Positions 41,028 through 42,656 of a stretch of DNA of 42,656 bases are shown here, piece by piece. Position numbers and translations under genes: made by a program. Source of the stretch: Craspedostauros australis (Eukaryota); assembly GCA_030167865.1 (NCBI GenBank), contig JALAGF010003861.1, positions 1 through 42,656 of the forward strand, given 5' to 3'. A model generated the notes under the pieces. That model did no database searches. It saw nothing but the letters and a program-made list of their open reading frames with translations, and had not been told where the DNA came from. Every line of letters starts with the position of its first letter. The stretch's first letter is position 1.

Positions 41028-42656
41028 ATGGGACCCATCCAGGCCTCGCTGGAGGCAGTTGCGGAAGCCCGCAAGTCGGCCTTGCTGGAAGGGCAGCTGC
41101 AGAGAAGGGGGAACCTGGACCTCCTCTCCGCAGAACAGTCTGGATCGCCCGAGATTGCCACATGCCACATAGCGACGCTGCTTCCGTTCACGAATTCGGC
41201 AAAGACGAAGTTCAACCTGCAGGGGACCTTCGAAGGTTCCGTGGCGATACTGCAGGCTATCCATGACCTCAACGAGGGGAATGGCGAGATCGTGCCAGAG
41301 CTTGAGGGTCTCAACGAACGATGCCCCATCCGGTTCACGGTGGAGTTGCAAGACTCGGAGCGCACGGAGAGTGTCGCCGTCAACCATGTCATCCGCTTGA
41401 CCGATCGGGAGCCTGTTCCGTTAGTCACTGGAGACGATGCAGAATCGGTGCCGCCGCCATTGCCGTGCGCCTTTCTGGGAGCTGTCCGGTCCTCGGTCTC
41501 CATTCCAACCAGCATCATCACCGGCCTCCGCGGTTACCCGCAGGTGTCTGGCCTGTCCACGTCCGCAGCATTGAACGACAAGTCGCAGTACCCCCTCTTC
41601 GCTCGCACCGTTTCAGCTGACGATGACACGGCTGTTGCTGTTATCCTCTACTTCCGCGATGTTGTCAAGGTGAAACATATCGCCATTCCTTACATCGATG
41701 ACTCCTATGGCAATGCGTATCTGCAAGGTTTGCAAGCGGCCGCGGAGGAGTATGCTCCGGACATGGAAATGATCTCGGTGGATCTCCCACGCATTCCGTC
41801 GCCAGCAGCCACGAAGCGCACCATCGAAAGGCTGAAAAAGACAGAGTTCACCTACTTCTTCGCCATCATAGGAGGAGCGTCCAACATGGATATCTACTTG
41901 CCAGAGGCCATCGAGCAAGGCATCGCTGGCACAGGCAAGCACACGTGGCTGTTCGCGGATCAGGGCAGCAACACTTTCGATTCCCAACCGCTGCCCAAGG
42001 GCTCGTACCGTGACAGGATGGGACTGGGGACTGGCATCGTGGCATCATCTCCCGGGCTGCCAGAGTACAACCCAGCCATGGAAGAGTTGATGACAGTTTT
42101 GCAGAAATGGAAGACATCGCATCCGAGCGACCTGCAATATCTTTCCACTCTCTTACCACCTCATGACAACATCACAGATGGAGTTGGAGTCTTCGATGAA
42201 TCATTCCTGGAATCGCAGTGGGCAACCATGTTCTTCCTGTACGATGCAACGGTTGGTCTCGGACTGTCAGCCTGCGAGGTGTGGAGACAGAAGCAGGAAG
42301 AGGTCGCGGCCGGTACCATCGACGAGTCATCCGTCACGTTGGAAGGTCGGGAGCACTTCGATATGCTGGTACACACCGAGTTCAATGGAGCATCGGGAAG
42401 GGTGGATCTTTCCGAAACAACGGGGACGCGGAAGGTGACGAGCACATTCTTCGAGCTCACGAACAACGTGGTGGATGAGACCTTCGACACGACAGGCGGC
42501 GAAGTGAAGTACAAGGGCGTCACATCGTCTATCTTCCTGAACGGAGAATGGACGGAGGTGACGAAGTACGTCTTCAACGACGGAACCACAACGCCTCCAC
42601 TCGACTTGCCACCCCCGGTCATGGAGTCCAACCACCTACCGATGGGACTGAGGATT
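41028..42656 (+). CDS. Class C GPCR, copy 2 (tandem paralogue), 3'-truncated by the window edge
   Basis: ATG at 41028 (MGPIQASLEAVAEARK...). 41031-42656 aligns without indels to 35999-37624 (offset 5032). I saw no in-frame stop. It is absent from the ORF track because it runs off the end. Confidence 0.92.
   Translation, partial: MGPIQASLEAVAEARKSALLEGQLQRRGNLDLLSAEQSGSPEIATCHIATLLPFTNSAKTKFNLQGTFEGSVAILQAIHDLNEGNGEIVPELEGLNERCPIRFTVELQDSERTESVAVNHVIRLTDREPVPLVTGDDAESVPPPLPCAFLGAVRSSVSIPTSIITGLRGYPQVSGLSTSAALNDKSQYPLFARTVSADDDTAVAVILYFRDVVKVKHIAIPYIDDSYGNAYLQGLQAAAEEYAPDMEMISVDLPRIPSPAATKRTIERLKKTEFTYFFAIIGGASNMDIYLPEAIEQGIAGTGKHTWLFADQGSNTFDSQPLPKGSYRDRMGLGTGIVASSPGLPEYNPAMEELMTVLQKWKTSHPSDLQYLSTLLPPHDNITDGVGVFDESFLESQWATMFFLYDATVGLGLSACEVWRQKQEEVAAGTIDESSVTLEGREHFDMLVHTEFNGASGRVDLSETTGTRKVTSTFFELTNNVVDETFDTTGGEVKYKGVTSSIFLNGEWTEVTKYVFNDGTTTPPLDLPPPVMESNHLPMGLRI

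Noticed and set aside
1..42656. CRISPR arrays, operons or prokaryotic defence systems
   Set aside because: There is no repeat-spacer array, and the gene content and intron show that the DNA is eukaryotic.

Overview
Eukaryotic nuclear DNA, most likely from a diatom (probably a raphid pennate). This is inferred from ASAFAP-type bipartite presequences, a DUF6824-type protein, GABA-B-like GPCR paralogues, a bacterial-style STAND ATPase and a GT-AG intron. The species cannot be determined. From left to right the window holds: the 5' part of a CpG-eroded PIF/Harbinger-type transposase running off the left edge (not in the ORF track); a DUF6824-like protein; a probably plastid-targeted atypical Ser/Thr kinase; a 1717-aa STAND/AAA ATPase with a TPR-like C-terminus; three low-complexity hypothetical proteins (one secreted, one with three SUMO-interaction-like motifs); a FYVE/ankyrin-like protein; a two-exon CCR4/nocturnin-like EEP phosphatase; mitochondrial ribosomal protein L47; a TPR-like hypothetical protein; and two tandem class C GPCR genes, the second cut by the right edge and showing mosaic divergence in the ligand-binding domain. 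I found no rRNA, tRNA, CRISPR array or convincing ncRNA. I cannot support a single coherent novel multi-gene system. The best leads are the GPCR pair, the plastid kinase, the STAND protein and the methylation-scarred transposase. All family assignments come from motif recognition by eye, not from database searches.
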